Notes: generated by a model not told the origin, from the sequence alone. DNA of 58,408 bases from Treponema sp. (GCA_031276815.1 JAISMJ010000093.1:1-58408), one strand, 5' to 3'. Shown: positions 1 through 9,105, counted from the stretch's first letter. Program-made: numbers and translations.

Positions 1-1740
1 GTAGCAGGGGGCGATGACGGCAAGATAGCGTATTCCACTAACGGCGTGAATTGGACAGAGGTAGCGGACTCCACATTTGGGAATAGCTACATCAGAGCCA
101 TAGCCTACGGCGGTGGTAAATGGGTAGCAGGGGGCTATGGCAACAAGATAGCGTATTCCACTGACGGCGTGAATTGGACGAAGGTAGCGAACACCCCAAT
201 TGGTGATATTCTATCTACTATTCTCGCCATAGCCTACGGCAACGGTAAGTGGTTATCAGAGGGAATTAACAGCGTACTAATGTATTCCACTGACGGCGTA
301 ACGTGGACGATATCAGAGAAGCAACCGTTTGATAATGTCATGGTCCAAGCCATAGCCTACGGCAACGGTAAGTGGATAATAATAAACAATGTCAACAGCA
401 TAGTGTATTCTACTGACGACGGCGTAACGTGGACGGGGGCAACGGACTCTACATTTAAGGGTAGCAACATCAACGCCACTGCCTACAGCAACGGTAAGTG
501 GGTAGCAGTGGGCAGTAACAACAGAATAGCGTATTCCACTGACAATGGCATAACGTGGATGAAGGTAGCGGACTCCACATTTGGGAATAGCGGCTTCATA
601 TCCATAGCCTACGGCGATGGTAAATGGGTAGCAGTGGGCAGTAACAGCACGATAGTGTATTCCACTGACGGCGTGAGTTGGACAAAGGTAGCGGACTCCA
701 CATTTGGGACTAGCACCATACGAAGTATAGCCTACGGCGGCGGTAAGTGGGTAGCAGGGAGCAACAACGGCAAGATAGCATATTCCACTGACGGCGGCGT
801 AACGTGGACGAAGGTAGCGAACTCCACATTTGGGAATAGCTACATCAACGCCATAGCCTACAGTAGCGGTAAGTTTGTAGCAGTGGGTGAGAGCGGCAAA
901 ATAGCGTATTCCACTGACGGCGTGAGTTGGACAAAGGTAGCGAACTCCACATTTGGGAGTACCTACATACGAAGTATAGCCTACGGCGGCGGGAAGTTTG
1001 TAGCAGTGGGCAGTGGCAACAAGATAGCGTATTCTACTGACGGCGTAACGTGGACAGAAGTGGTGGACTCCGCATTTGGGGATAGTGACATCATGTTCAT
1101 AGCCTACAGTAGCGGTAAGTTTGTAGCAGGGGACGATGACGGCAAAATAGCGTATTCCACTGACGGCGTGAGTTGGACAAAGGTAGCGAACTCCACATTT
1201 GGGACTACTAGCGCCATACAAAGTATAGTCTACAGCAACGATAAGTGGTTAGCAATGGACAATGACGGCACGATAGCATATTCCACTGACGGCGGCGTAA
1301 CGTGGACGAAGGTAGCGAACTCCACATTTGGGAATAGCTACATCAACGCCATAGCCTACAGTAGCGGTAAGTTTGTAGCAGTGGGCAGTAACAACAGAAT
1401 AGCGTATTCCACTGACGGCATAACGTGGACAGAGGCAGCGAACCAACCACTTAAGAATACCAGCTTCAACGCCATAGCCTACGGCGGTGGTAAATGGGTA
1501 GCAGGGGGCAGTAACAGCACGATAGCGTATTCCACTGACGGCGTAACGTGGACAGAAGTGGCGAACTCCGCATTTGGGAGTAGTAGCATACGAAGTATAG
1601 TCTACAGTAGCGGTAAGTTTGTAGCAGTGGGTGAGAGCGGCAAAATAGCGTATTCCACTGACGGCATAACGTGGACATCAATCAGCAGTCCGTTCGGGAA
1701 TAAGACGCTGTATGCGGTGGCGGCACAGGCGACGCAGTAG
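1..1740 (+). CDS. BNR/Asp-box repeat, beta-propeller-like protein (5'-partial; frame open from nt 1, so the track start at 46 is an internal GTG)
   Basis: About 13 tandem ~42-aa units. Each carries IAYSTDGxxWT (Asp-box S-x-D-x-G-x-T-W) followed by IAYGxGKxVAVG. Frame 1 has no stop between nt 1 and 45. Confidence 0.8.
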   Translation, partial: VAGGDDGKIAYSTNGVNWTEVADSTFGNSYIRAIAYGGGKWVAGGYGNKIAYSTDGVNWTKVANTPIGDILSTILAIAYGNGKWLSEGINSVLMYSTDGVTWTISEKQPFDNVMVQAIAYGNGKWIIINNVNSIVYSTDDGVTWTGATDSTFKGSNINATAYSNGKWVAVGSNNRIAYSTDNGITWMKVADSTFGNSGFISIAYGDGKWVAVGSNSTIVYSTDGVSWTKVADSTFGTSTIRSIAYGGGKWVAGSNNGKIAYSTDGGVTWTKVANSTFGNSYINAIAYSSGKFVAVGESGKIAYSTDGVSWTKVANSTFGSTYIRSIAYGGGKFVAVGSGNKIAYSTDGVTWTEVVDSAFGDSDIMFIAYSSGKFVAGDDDGKIAYSTDGVSWTKVANSTFGTTSAIQSIVYSNDKWLAMDNDGTIAYSTDGGVTWTKVANSTFGNSYINAIAYSSGKFVAVGSNNRIAYSTDGITWTEAANQPLKNTSFNAIAYGGGKWVAGGSNSTIAYSTDGVTWTEVANSAFGSSSIRSIVYSSGKFVAVGESGKIAYSTDGITWTSISSPFGNKTLYAVAAQATQ

Positions 1741-1810
1741 GGGTGATTGCTGGGTAAAGACACGGCTTGATTTCTTTCGCTTGAGGGGGTATAGTTAAAC
1801 AGGAGCGGCA

Positions 1811-2173
1811 ATGAGGATATTCAAGAACGGGTGGTTTAGCAGATTTGCCGAAAGGGAAGCCATAAGCGATGAGGAGCTGAAAGCGGCGGTCGCGGACATT
1901 GAAAGCGGACGCTTTGACGCTGATTTAGGCGGCGGGGTCTACAAACAGCGGCTTGCACGTTCAGGCGGCGGCAAGTCAAGCGGCTATCGGGTAATTGTGT
2001 TTTTCAAAAGCGGAGCGCGGACGTTCTTTGTCTATGGGTTTGCCAAGTCGGATAAGGATAACATAAGCAAAAAAGAATTAGCGGGATACAAAACATTAGC
2101 AAAAACGTATTTCGATTTTACGGATAAACAAATTGAGACCGCAACGGAATCAGGAAAATTAATTGAAATTTAG
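1811..2173 (+). CDS. Type II toxin, RelE-like (COG4737-type)
   Basis: 120 aa. Matches my recollection of this toxin family: FKNGWFSRFAERE..ISDEEL, DADLGGGVYKQRLARSGGGKSSGYRVIVFF, FFVYGFAKSDKDNIS.KEL. Confidence 0.8.
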   Translation: MRIFKNGWFSRFAEREAISDEELKAAVADIESGRFDADLGGGVYKQRLARSGGGKSSGYRVIVFFKSGARTFFVYGFAKSDKDNISKKELAGYKTLAKTYFDFTDKQIETATESGKLIEI

Positions 2174-2182
2174 GAGATCAGT

Positions 2183-2356
2183 ATGAAAAGGAAATATCAA
2201 AGTAAACAACTAATGGCTATTCACGAGTCGGCGCGAGATTTATACGAGATAGGATTAATTGATACGGATAAAATGTGGGAATTTGACGAAGTTTGCCTTG
2301 TGGAAGAAGAAGACAAGGAAGCGGTAGGGGAAATAGCGACGGTAGAGACGGAGTAA
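2183..2356 (+). CDS. 57-aa ORF resembling only the N-terminal part of the cognate HTH antitoxin (no HTH region; possibly truncated)
   Basis: Not in the ORF track (<60 aa). My translation is MKRKYQSKQLMAIHESARDLYEIGLIDTDKMWEFDEVCLVEEEDKEAVGEIATVETE. An AGGAG lies 7 nt upstream. The ...G.ID..TM.EFD..CL segment is typical of the N-terminus of antitoxins paired with this toxin type. The ORF stops where the HTH normally begins. Confidence 0.45.
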   Translation: MKRKYQSKQLMAIHESARDLYEIGLIDTDKMWEFDEVCLVEEEDKEAVGEIATVETE

Positions 2357-2360
2357 AGAA

Positions 2361-2651
2361 ATGATGCAATTTGGACAGGCGTTAGACGCATGTAAAGCAG
2401 GGCTGAAAATTGCCCGTAAGAGTTGGAACGGGAAAGACCAATTTGTCTATTGGTCGCCGCCTATCAGGATTACCGTTGAACAAGTAGCCAACCCCGTATT
2501 GAAGGAGTGGCTTGAACACCATAAAGGCGTTGGTGATGAAGTCGAATTCTGGGGACATGTTGATTTTAAGCCGGCAAACAACAAGATACAATGCGGCTGG
2601 CTGACTACTCAGTCTGATATGCGGGCTGATGATTGGGAGATTGTTGCGTAA
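2361..2651 (+). CDS. DUF2829-family protein (the family that contains the Thoeris anti-defence protein Tad2)
   Basis: 96 aa. N-terminal FGQALDACKAGLKIARKSWNGKDQFVYW and C-terminal TQSDMRADDWEIV match the DUF2829 hallmarks (GWNGK ... DLLA-DW-I). Confidence 0.7.
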   Translation: MMQFGQALDACKAGLKIARKSWNGKDQFVYWSPPIRITVEQVANPVLKEWLEHHKGVGDEVEFWGHVDFKPANNKIQCGWLTTQSDMRADDWEIVA

Positions 2652-2742
2652 TAGTCATACCGTATTTTTCCATTATGCCGCCTCAAGATTTTTATATTCA
2701 ATAGTATCTTGCCGATTGCTATAAAATTCTTTCCGTCCATAA

Positions 2743-3426
2743 TCATACCTCTCTTTTTACACACCTTATGTTTGAATATAAAAAGAATTCAAGCGATGAT
2801 CTTGATAAATTCCTGAAATGTAAGTCATACAAAAAGTCATACAAGGCATCTTTGTTTTTATGAATATTAAGGGTAAGTCCAAGAGCAGCCAGCATACATA
2901 AGACAAAAATATATGCTATATATTCGTTATGAAATTCAAACGCTACACCCAGAGATCTTTCTATTCTTTTATTTCTATCTTCCGGTGGAAAAATAACAAA
3001 CGGTTTCAGCACAGAAAGCCAATATAACATATCCGCTACCTGTCGGTGGATGTAAGGTTGGCAAGAATCAACTTTTAGACCATAGTCAAAAAACTGTGAA
3101 AGTTGCTCCTGTTGCTCTTTTGTTAATACTCCCACCTTTCCAAGATATGCTATTTTTGCGTTTAACCGCAACTCTCCGAATACGTCCCGTGAATATCGGG
3201 TAAGAGCCTGATCTAAAACAAAAACATTACATTCTATTCTACCGGGATTAACATTATTTTTTTTTACGATACCTATATATATCTCTTGTAATATTTCTAG
3301 TATAGTGTCAACAATAGCATTCTGGTCTTCTACCTCCAGTTTGCCATTGTTGAACACATAAGACCCATCGGGATTTTGTTTATAAACAAAATCTTTCATG
3401 ATGAAGTCAACTAACTGAAGAATCAT
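2743..3426 (-). CDS. Hypothetical protein in an AT-rich islet
   Basis: 227-aa ORF, compositionally AT-rich, with no motif I recognise. Overlaps the upstream 66-aa ORF by 20 nt, which suggests a two-gene unit. Confidence 0.5.
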   Translation of the reverse strand: MILQLVDFIMKDFVYKQNPDGSYVFNNGKLEVEDQNAIVDTILEILQEIYIGIVKKNNVNPGRIECNVFVLDQALTRYSRDVFGELRLNAKIAYLGKVGVLTKEQQEQLSQFFDYGLKVDSCQPYIHRQVADMLYWLSVLKPFVIFPPEDRNKRIERSLGVAFEFHNEYIAYIFVLCMLAALGLTLNIHKNKDALYDFLYDLHFRNLSRSSLEFFLYSNIRCVKREV

Positions 3427-3607
3427 TCGCAGCCCCCAGCGTTCCAGACAATTCCGTAATCACATGTTGGATAATATCATCATTTGTCAGATTCGCTAAC
3501 GGCACGCTCTTTGTTAGTGACTCTTTGGGATTTTTCTTTTGCGCATACCGCGATGCGCGCGATGAAATGGATTCATCCATTAAATCGATTGTCCGCTTAT
3601 AAGACAT
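3407..3607 (-). CDS. Small hypothetical protein, apparently co-transcribed with 2743..3426
   Basis: 66-aa ORF that overlaps the next gene. A purine-rich stretch (GGTAAGGAGG) lies just upstream of the ATG on the minus strand. Confidence 0.4.
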   Translation of the reverse strand: MSYKRTIDLMDESISSRASRYAQKKNPKESLTKSVPLANLTNDDIIQHVITELSGTLGAANDSSVS

Positions 3608-3796
3608 AAAGTACCTCCTTACCGATATATCGGTGTAACTATTTTATTATATACCAATACGCTTATAAAATCAATATCAATTTAACATTTTGTTACCTAT
3701 TTGTAAGCATATATTACAAATAATCGTATAATTACTTGTAGTATAAAGACTTATTTAATGCTGTAATATACGCATAAATTTATATTCATGTGAAAA

Positions 3797-3824
3797 AGTA
3801 TACATACTAAAAAAAATATGTCAA
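3797..3824 (-). promoter_or_regulatory. Candidate sigma70-type promoter for the 3607..2743 gene pair
   Basis: Minus strand reads TTGACA (3819-3824), 16 nt, TATACT (3797-3802), about 190 nt upstream of the ATG at 3607. Confidence 0.35.
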
Positions 3825-4106
3825 GCGGTCGTAGCGTCTAATATATATACATTAGCGATGCTTCCGCCGTTTCCATGGGAAACATCTACGGCTGGAATAT
3901 CGTCATACTTGGCGCTATAAGTAGAGTATTACCGGTTCAAGAGGGCGAATAACGGTAAAGGCGTTAGATGTTAAAACAGCCCAAATAGTAACCATGGCGC
4001 ACGGACAATTTTAAAAAATAAAAATTTAAAAATACCGTAAGGAGGGGAGCGTCTTTGAAGAAAAGGCATGCGCTGAAAAAGACGGGAGAATAAGAAAAGG
4101 TGTTAC

Positions 4107-4131
4107 CCGCATAATGCGCTGCATTATGCGG
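4107..4131 (-). terminator. Hairpin downstream of tgt
   Basis: CCGCATAATGC-gct-GCATTATGCGG, an 11-bp perfect stem, ~70 nt past the tgt stop. The minus strand continues with a T-rich ...CCTTTTCTT. Confidence 0.45.
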
Positions 4132-4200
4132 ACACACTCGCCACCGGTGAGAATGGCAACCGTGTTGCGTATACCGTACTATAAACCGCGGTCTTGCCTG

Positions 4201-5346
4201 TTATACCGTATCCGCCGTATATTCTCTCAAGAAATCCGCCTTAAACACAGAAAACCTGCCCTCTTCAATAGCCGCGCGGGCGTTCTTCACCATATCGTGA
4301 AGAAAATAGAGGTTATGGTAACTTGCCAGCATGGAACAGAGAATTTCCTGCGCCTTAAAAAGATGCCGCAGGTACGCGCGGCTGTAGGTACGGCATACCT
4401 TGCACGCGCACGCCGCATCAATGGGGTTCTGATCGAACTTGTTGTCGAGTCTTTTCAGAGAAAACGCGCCCTTGCGCGTGAAAACATGCCCGTTCCTTCC
4501 CACTCTGGTTGGGAAAACGCAGTCAAACATATCGATACCGTTTTCAATCGCCGCAAGGATATATGCGGGCGTGCCTATGCCCATGACGTAGCGGGGTTTT
4601 TCAGCGGGCAGCAGCGCCGCGGTAAAGGCGAGGTAGTCCAGAAACACAGCTTCCGGCTCGCCCACCGAAAGCCCGCCTATGGCAATGCCGGGCGTATCAG
4701 AGGCAACGGTCAGCGCGGCGCTCTCTTCCCGCAAGTCTTTGTAGAAATTTCCCTGTACAATACCGAACAGCCTCCCTCTGTAGCCGTTTTCCTGCTGTAC
4801 CGCCCACTGCCGCTTTGCCCGTGTAAGCCATTGCGCGGTCGTTTTGAGCGCATCAACCGCATCGTTGTACGAGGCGCCCCACGGACTGCATACGTCAAGC
4901 TGCATCTGTATGTCGCTGTTCAACACGGTCTGAATATCAACAACCTTTTCAGGCGTCAAGATATGGTATGAGCCGTCAATGTGGGAGCGGAATTTCACCC
5001 CTTCGCCGCTTATTTTGCGGAAGGGCGCAAGGGAAAACACTTGAAAGCCGCCCGAATCGGTGAGTATATTGCGTTCCCATTGCATAAATGAGTGCAAACC
5101 GCCCGCGGCCTGAACCACATCGGTTCCCGGCCGGAGGTAAAGATGGTATGTATTGGATAATAGTATTTCAAACCCTATGTCGAGAAGGTCTTCACGGGAC
5201 AGAGCTTTAACCGTGGCGTTAGTTCCCACCGGCATAAACGCCGGCGTCTCAACGGTTCCATGGGGTAAAGCCATTGCGCCGGTCCGGGCTAATTGTTCGG
5301 TATGATGAATGGTAAAAAAATTGTTCACGGGAGGGCAGTATAGCAC
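4201..5346 (-). CDS. tgt: Queuine tRNA-ribosyltransferase
   Basis: 381 aa with TPAFMPVGT, LSNTYHLYLRPG, LTDSGGFQV, GLSVGEP, YVMGIGTP, GIDMFDCVFPTR and the CxCxxC zinc site (CACKVC). GTG start. Confidence 0.95.
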   Translation of the reverse strand: MLYCPPVNNFFTIHHTEQLARTGAMALPHGTVETPAFMPVGTNATVKALSREDLLDIGFEILLSNTYHLYLRPGTDVVQAAGGLHSFMQWERNILTDSGGFQVFSLAPFRKISGEGVKFRSHIDGSYHILTPEKVVDIQTVLNSDIQMQLDVCSPWGASYNDAVDALKTTAQWLTRAKRQWAVQQENGYRGRLFGIVQGNFYKDLREESAALTVASDTPGIAIGGLSVGEPEAVFLDYLAFTAALLPAEKPRYVMGIGTPAYILAAIENGIDMFDCVFPTRVGRNGHVFTRKGAFSLKRLDNKFDQNPIDAACACKVCRTYSRAYLRHLFKAQEILCSMLASYHNLYFLHDMVKNARAAIEEGRFSVFKADFLREYTADTV

Positions 5347-5508
5347 AGCTTCGGTATTTTCGCTAGTTTACTGGCTCGGCGCCTCGTTCCCCTTAACCGG
5401 TGAGGCGAAAGCCTGTTGTTGCCGGCTAGGGGAACGTTATGGAAAGAAAGCGCTCCTGTGTAAGCGCGGACAGTATGGACTATGCGCCCGCTTTGCCGCC
5501 GCATATCC

Positions 5509-6885
5509 CTATTTCGTCCGCTTGTACGCCTTGATCTCCTGAAACAGCCGCGAGGCGAGTTCAGCGCGGGGAAGGCGGACCTGCTCCATGGAATCGCGGA
5601 AGCGGAGGGTTACGCTACTGTTTTCTTTGGTTTCGTAGTCAACCGTCACGCAGAAGGGCGTGCCGGCTTCGTCCTGCCGCCGGTACCGTCTGCCTATGGC
5701 GCCGCCTTGATCGTAGCCGGTGGCAAAGTCCTCCCGCAGTTCCGCGTGTATGTCGCGGGCAAGTTCGGCTAAACCGTCTTTTTTCTGCAAGGGTAGCACC
5801 GCAACCGTAACGGGCGCAACCGCGGGATGGAAGCGCAGAACCGTACGGTAATCGTCCTCGCCGCCTTTGTCCGCGACTTTCTCCTCGTCATAGGCGTCGC
5901 AAAGCAGCATGAGAAGGGTTCGGGTAAGCCCCGCGGACGTCTCGATAATGAAGGGAGTGTACTCTTTGTTGCCGTCATCCTGATCGATGTACTGCAAATC
6001 CTTACCGGAATATTCCGTGTGGCGGGTCAGATCGTAGTCGGAGCGGTTATGTACGCCTTCCAGTTCTTTCCAGCCCATCGGGAACAGGTACTCAATGTCG
6101 TAGGCGTCTTTGGCGTAGTGGGCAAGCTCGTCCGCCCCGTGCTGATGCCAGCGCAGATGATCCGTCTTGACGCCCAGCTTTTCATAATACGCCCAGCGCC
6201 GCTTCCTCCATTCGTTGAACCATTCGACATCCGTACCGGGCTTCACGAAGTACTGCATCTCCATTTGTTCAAATTCACAGGTGCGGAAAATGAAGTTTTT
6301 GGTAACAATCTCGTTTCTAAACGCCTTGCCGATTTGGGCGATGCCGAAGGGCGGCTTCAAGCGGCTGCTTTGCATGATATTTTTGTAATTGACATAGATG
6401 CCCTGCGCGGTTTCGGGGCGCAAATAGATAACGGCGCTGTCGTCATCCGACTCAACGGGACCGATGCGGGTCTTGAACATGAGGTTGAATTTCCTCACGC
6501 CGGTAAGCTCGCCGCCGCACTCGGGACACTTCTTTTCAGCCGCGCATTCAGGCGGAATCTGATCCGCCCGAAAACGGGCTTTACACTTCTTGCAATCAAC
6601 AAGGGGGTCCGTAAAATTCTCGACATGCCCCGACGCCTCCCACGTGCGCGGGTGCATAAGAATCGCCGCGTCTAACCCCACGATCTCATCGTGAAGCCGG
6701 GTCATTTCCTTCCACCAATTCCGCGCAATGCGGTTTTTAAGCTCTACGCCCAAAGGACCATAGTCCCATGCGCCGTTCTGCCCGCCGTATATTTCAGACG
6801 ATTGAAACACAAAGCCGCGCCGTTTGGCAAGACTCGTGATTTTTTCCATTGTAGCGGGACCCTGATAGGTTTGTAATTCAGACAT
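5509..6885 (-). CDS. glyQS: Glycine--tRNA ligase (dimeric class II GlyQS type)
   Basis: 458 aa with LAKRRGFVFQSSEIYGG, class II motifs (FRNEI, YLRPETAQG) and the CxxC..CxxC insert. GAGGAG SD before the ATG at 6885. Confidence 0.95.
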   Translation of the reverse strand: MSELQTYQGPATMEKITSLAKRRGFVFQSSEIYGGQNGAWDYGPLGVELKNRIARNWWKEMTRLHDEIVGLDAAILMHPRTWEASGHVENFTDPLVDCKKCKARFRADQIPPECAAEKKCPECGGELTGVRKFNLMFKTRIGPVESDDDSAVIYLRPETAQGIYVNYKNIMQSSRLKPPFGIAQIGKAFRNEIVTKNFIFRTCEFEQMEMQYFVKPGTDVEWFNEWRKRRWAYYEKLGVKTDHLRWHQHGADELAHYAKDAYDIEYLFPMGWKELEGVHNRSDYDLTRHTEYSGKDLQYIDQDDGNKEYTPFIIETSAGLTRTLLMLLCDAYDEEKVADKGGEDDYRTVLRFHPAVAPVTVAVLPLQKKDGLAELARDIHAELREDFATGYDQGGAIGRRYRRQDEAGTPFCVTVDYETKENSSVTLRFRDSMEQVRLPRAELASRLFQEIKAYKRTK

Positions 6886-6924
6886 ATATTCTCCTCATGC
6901 CCAGCGGCTTGTATACTCTATCGT

Positions 6925-6954
6925 ATTATAGTGTACTTCATACGGGATTGACAA
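6925..6954 (-). promoter_or_regulatory. Candidate sigma70-type promoter of glyQS
   Basis: Minus strand reads TTGTCA (6949-6954), 18 nt, TATAAT (6925-6930), ~40 nt upstream of the glyQS ATG. Confidence 0.4.
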
Positions 6955-7014
6955 GGTATGACGGAACTCAACGTTCCGGACGATCCGCCGGCGGCGTACG
7001 CCCGTATTTTTTTC

Positions 7015-7896
7015 TTATACGCCTATAACAAAATCATGTATATTTTCTTCAATGTGCTTTCTTATGATTTCTGTTTCTTTATCCATAATCTCATAATATG
7101 CTGTTTCAAGTTCCTCAAAGTCTTTTATTTTTGTATATAGTTCGGAAAATCCTTCTGTCGTTGTTGCCCGTTCAAGTTCTTCTTTATGGTTATCATACAC
7201 GATTTTTGCCGCGTCAACAATTTCGGCGGTTCTTAGTGCGCCCCATGATTTAACGATTTCGGAGAAGGGACCGTCAAAGAGGTAGCCGCCGTATCCATTG
7301 TGAATGAGCTGTATAAAACCGCCATTGCTTACCTGCCAGTAAAGAATATGATACGCAAGAAGCGTATGCTGTGAGTTATTAAAACCCTGCGCCCCTTCTC
7401 CATCGGGGGCGTTCTTCATAATTTCAAAATATTTATGAAGGAAAATATGCAAAAAGTCCCAAGAGTCCTCAAATAATTTTCTAGTTTCACTTTTCTTGAG
7501 TTTTTTCAATATTATCGCGAAGCTTTCCTTGTAAAAGGCTTCTTTTAAACTCCTGTTAAGCAGGTCATACGTATCTTGGTAATTATCGCCGAATTCAATC
7601 GCCTTTTTAAAATACTCCGCCGCCTCCGCCTCCCGTTCAAGATAATAGAGTGAATAGCCTACCCGAAAATACCAAAAACCGTCGGTTTTCCCTTCGCGCT
7701 CAAGACCCAAGAGAATGTGCAGGGCTTCCTCGTACCGGTCAAGGTTATTCAGCGCCCGGGCGTAATAGCTGGACATATCATAGCCCCATTCCTCCCGGGC
7801 GATTTTTTCAATGGAGCGGAGTATCGTTTCGTGTTCATTTTTCTCATGCAGTTCTCTTAGTTCGGCAAGTAATGCTTCACGGTTTTCTTTATTCAT
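7015..7896 (-). CDS. TPR-like N-terminal region plus a DUF4375 (DMP19-like) C-terminal domain
   Basis: 293 aa. The N-terminal half has TPR-like A..YF.KA.E patterns. The C-terminal LLAYHILYWQVSNGGFIQLIHNGYG resembles the DUF4375/DMP19 NGGF.Q core. AT-rich gene. AGGAG SD. Confidence 0.5.
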   Translation of the reverse strand: MNKENREALLAELRELHEKNEHETILRSIEKIAREEWGYDMSSYYARALNNLDRYEEALHILLGLEREGKTDGFWYFRVGYSLYYLEREAEAAEYFKKAIEFGDNYQDTYDLLNRSLKEAFYKESFAIILKKLKKSETRKLFEDSWDFLHIFLHKYFEIMKNAPDGEGAQGFNNSQHTLLAYHILYWQVSNGGFIQLIHNGYGGYLFDGPFSEIVKSWGALRTAEIVDAAKIVYDNHKEELERATTTEGFSELYTKIKDFEELETAYYEIMDKETEIIRKHIEENIHDFVIGV

Positions 7897-8020
7897 GGTA
7901 ATCTCCTTTTATAAAAGATTATCATAGTACTGTTGAAGCGTCAACATGTCTCTAAAAATTGACAAGCGGGGACCAAAGCCGTTGCGGAGTCTCCGGCGCA
8001 TCTGGGGCGCGCCCCCTATT

Positions 8021-8542
8021 TTATTTCATTATTTCATATCGTATCATATTTGAAAAATCATTCTCAATGGTATGTTCATCTAATATTTCGCTTATTTGCC
8101 CTCTATGATGCGTCTGATGATTAAATGTGTGAATTAATATTTCCCATACCGTTTTTGTTTTATTGTTTTTATAACATATTTTTTTATATATATCTTTTAT
8201 ATCAAGTTCATTAATAAACTTTATTATTAAATCATCAAGTATTATTCTATCTTGTTCAAATTCATGTATCATTGTATATGGATTAACCGGTTTAACAGTT
8301 TCATCAAATTTTTCAAATAGTTCCTCTTCAAATATGTCCGAATCTATTATACCCTTTAGATCATTAAACCATGATAAATCAACATCAAAAATATGAAAAA
8401 GTATATCATTAATGCTTTCATAATATCCAACTATTTTTTTATTATACATGCCGTCATGTTCCTTTAATATGTTAATCATATTTGCATTAATATTTTTATT
8501 GCATTGCGAATAATATTTATAAATGTTTAACGCGCTATCCAT
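8021..8542 (-). CDS. DinB-family protein (start moved to an internal ATG)
   Basis: C-terminal HTFNHQTHHRGQISEILD is the DinB-family histidine motif. The ATG at 8542 is preceded by GGAGG at 7 nt. The track extension to 8743 runs into GC-rich tandem-repeat DNA with Arg-rich nonsense translation. Confidence 0.75.
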   Translation of the reverse strand: MDSALNIYKYYSQCNKNINANMINILKEHDGMYNKKIVGYYESINDILFHIFDVDLSWFNDLKGIIDSDIFEEELFEKFDETVKPVNPYTMIHEFEQDRIILDDLIIKFINELDIKDIYKKICYKNNKTKTVWEILIHTFNHQTHHRGQISEILDEHTIENDFSNMIRYEIMK

Positions 8543-8689
8543 AAGTAACCTCCATGAAACATGTTTCCCCTCTATAGGGGAGATGCGTATAAGAGCCCGG
8601 CGGCGGGACACTGCGCCCGTCTTGCCGTCAATGCGCTCCCCGCCGTACCGTTTCTTACGCCGGCGCCGGCGGGCGTTACACGGGCTATT

Positions 8690-9090
8690 CCGTAGAACGG
8701 TACGGAACCTTCGTACGTGAATACGGAGAACCGGTACGGTCACACAGAAGTTCCGTATTCAAGTATGGAACCTTCGTACTTGAATATGGGATATCGGTAC
8801 TTGAGTATGGAGAACCGGTGCTACAATATGGAACCTTCGTACTTGAGTACGGAAAGACGGTACTGCAATACGGAGTGTTCGTACTTGAGTACGGAGAGTC
8901 GGTACTGCAATACGGAATGTTCGTACTTGAGTACGGAAAGCAGGTACTACAATACGGAACCTTCATACGTGAATACGGGATATCGGTACTGCAATACGGA
9001 ATGTTCGTACTTGAGTACGGAAAGCAGGTACTGCAATACGGAGTGTTCGTATGTGAATACGGAAAGCAGGTACTGCAAACTGAAGTGTTG
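8690..9090. repeat. Intergenic tandem array 1: ~19 x 21 bp with a 42-bp higher-order unit
   Basis: Alternating units GTACTGCAATACGGARTGTTC and GTACTTGAGTACGGAAAGCAG. GTACT-TG-AGTAC is a 5-2-5 palindrome. Lies between the LRR gene stop (9106) and the DinB start (8542). Confidence 0.85.
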
Positions 9091-9105
9091 AAACAGCCTC
9101 ATTCT

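Noticed and set aside
4039-4093. Strong AAGGAGG followed at 9 nt by a 12-codon TTG ORF (MKKRHALKKTGE) upstream of the tgt terminator hairpin.
   Set aside because: The ORF is too short, there is no conservation evidence, it uses a TTG start, and it lies in a non-coding AT-rich tract. It is a plausible chance occurrence.
8543-8743. N-terminal 67-aa extension of the DinB-family ORF.
   Set aside because: The extension is GC-rich repeat-derived sequence (RRRRRKKRYGG...). The internal ATG at 8542 has a perfect GGAGG SD, and the AT-rich gene body starts there.
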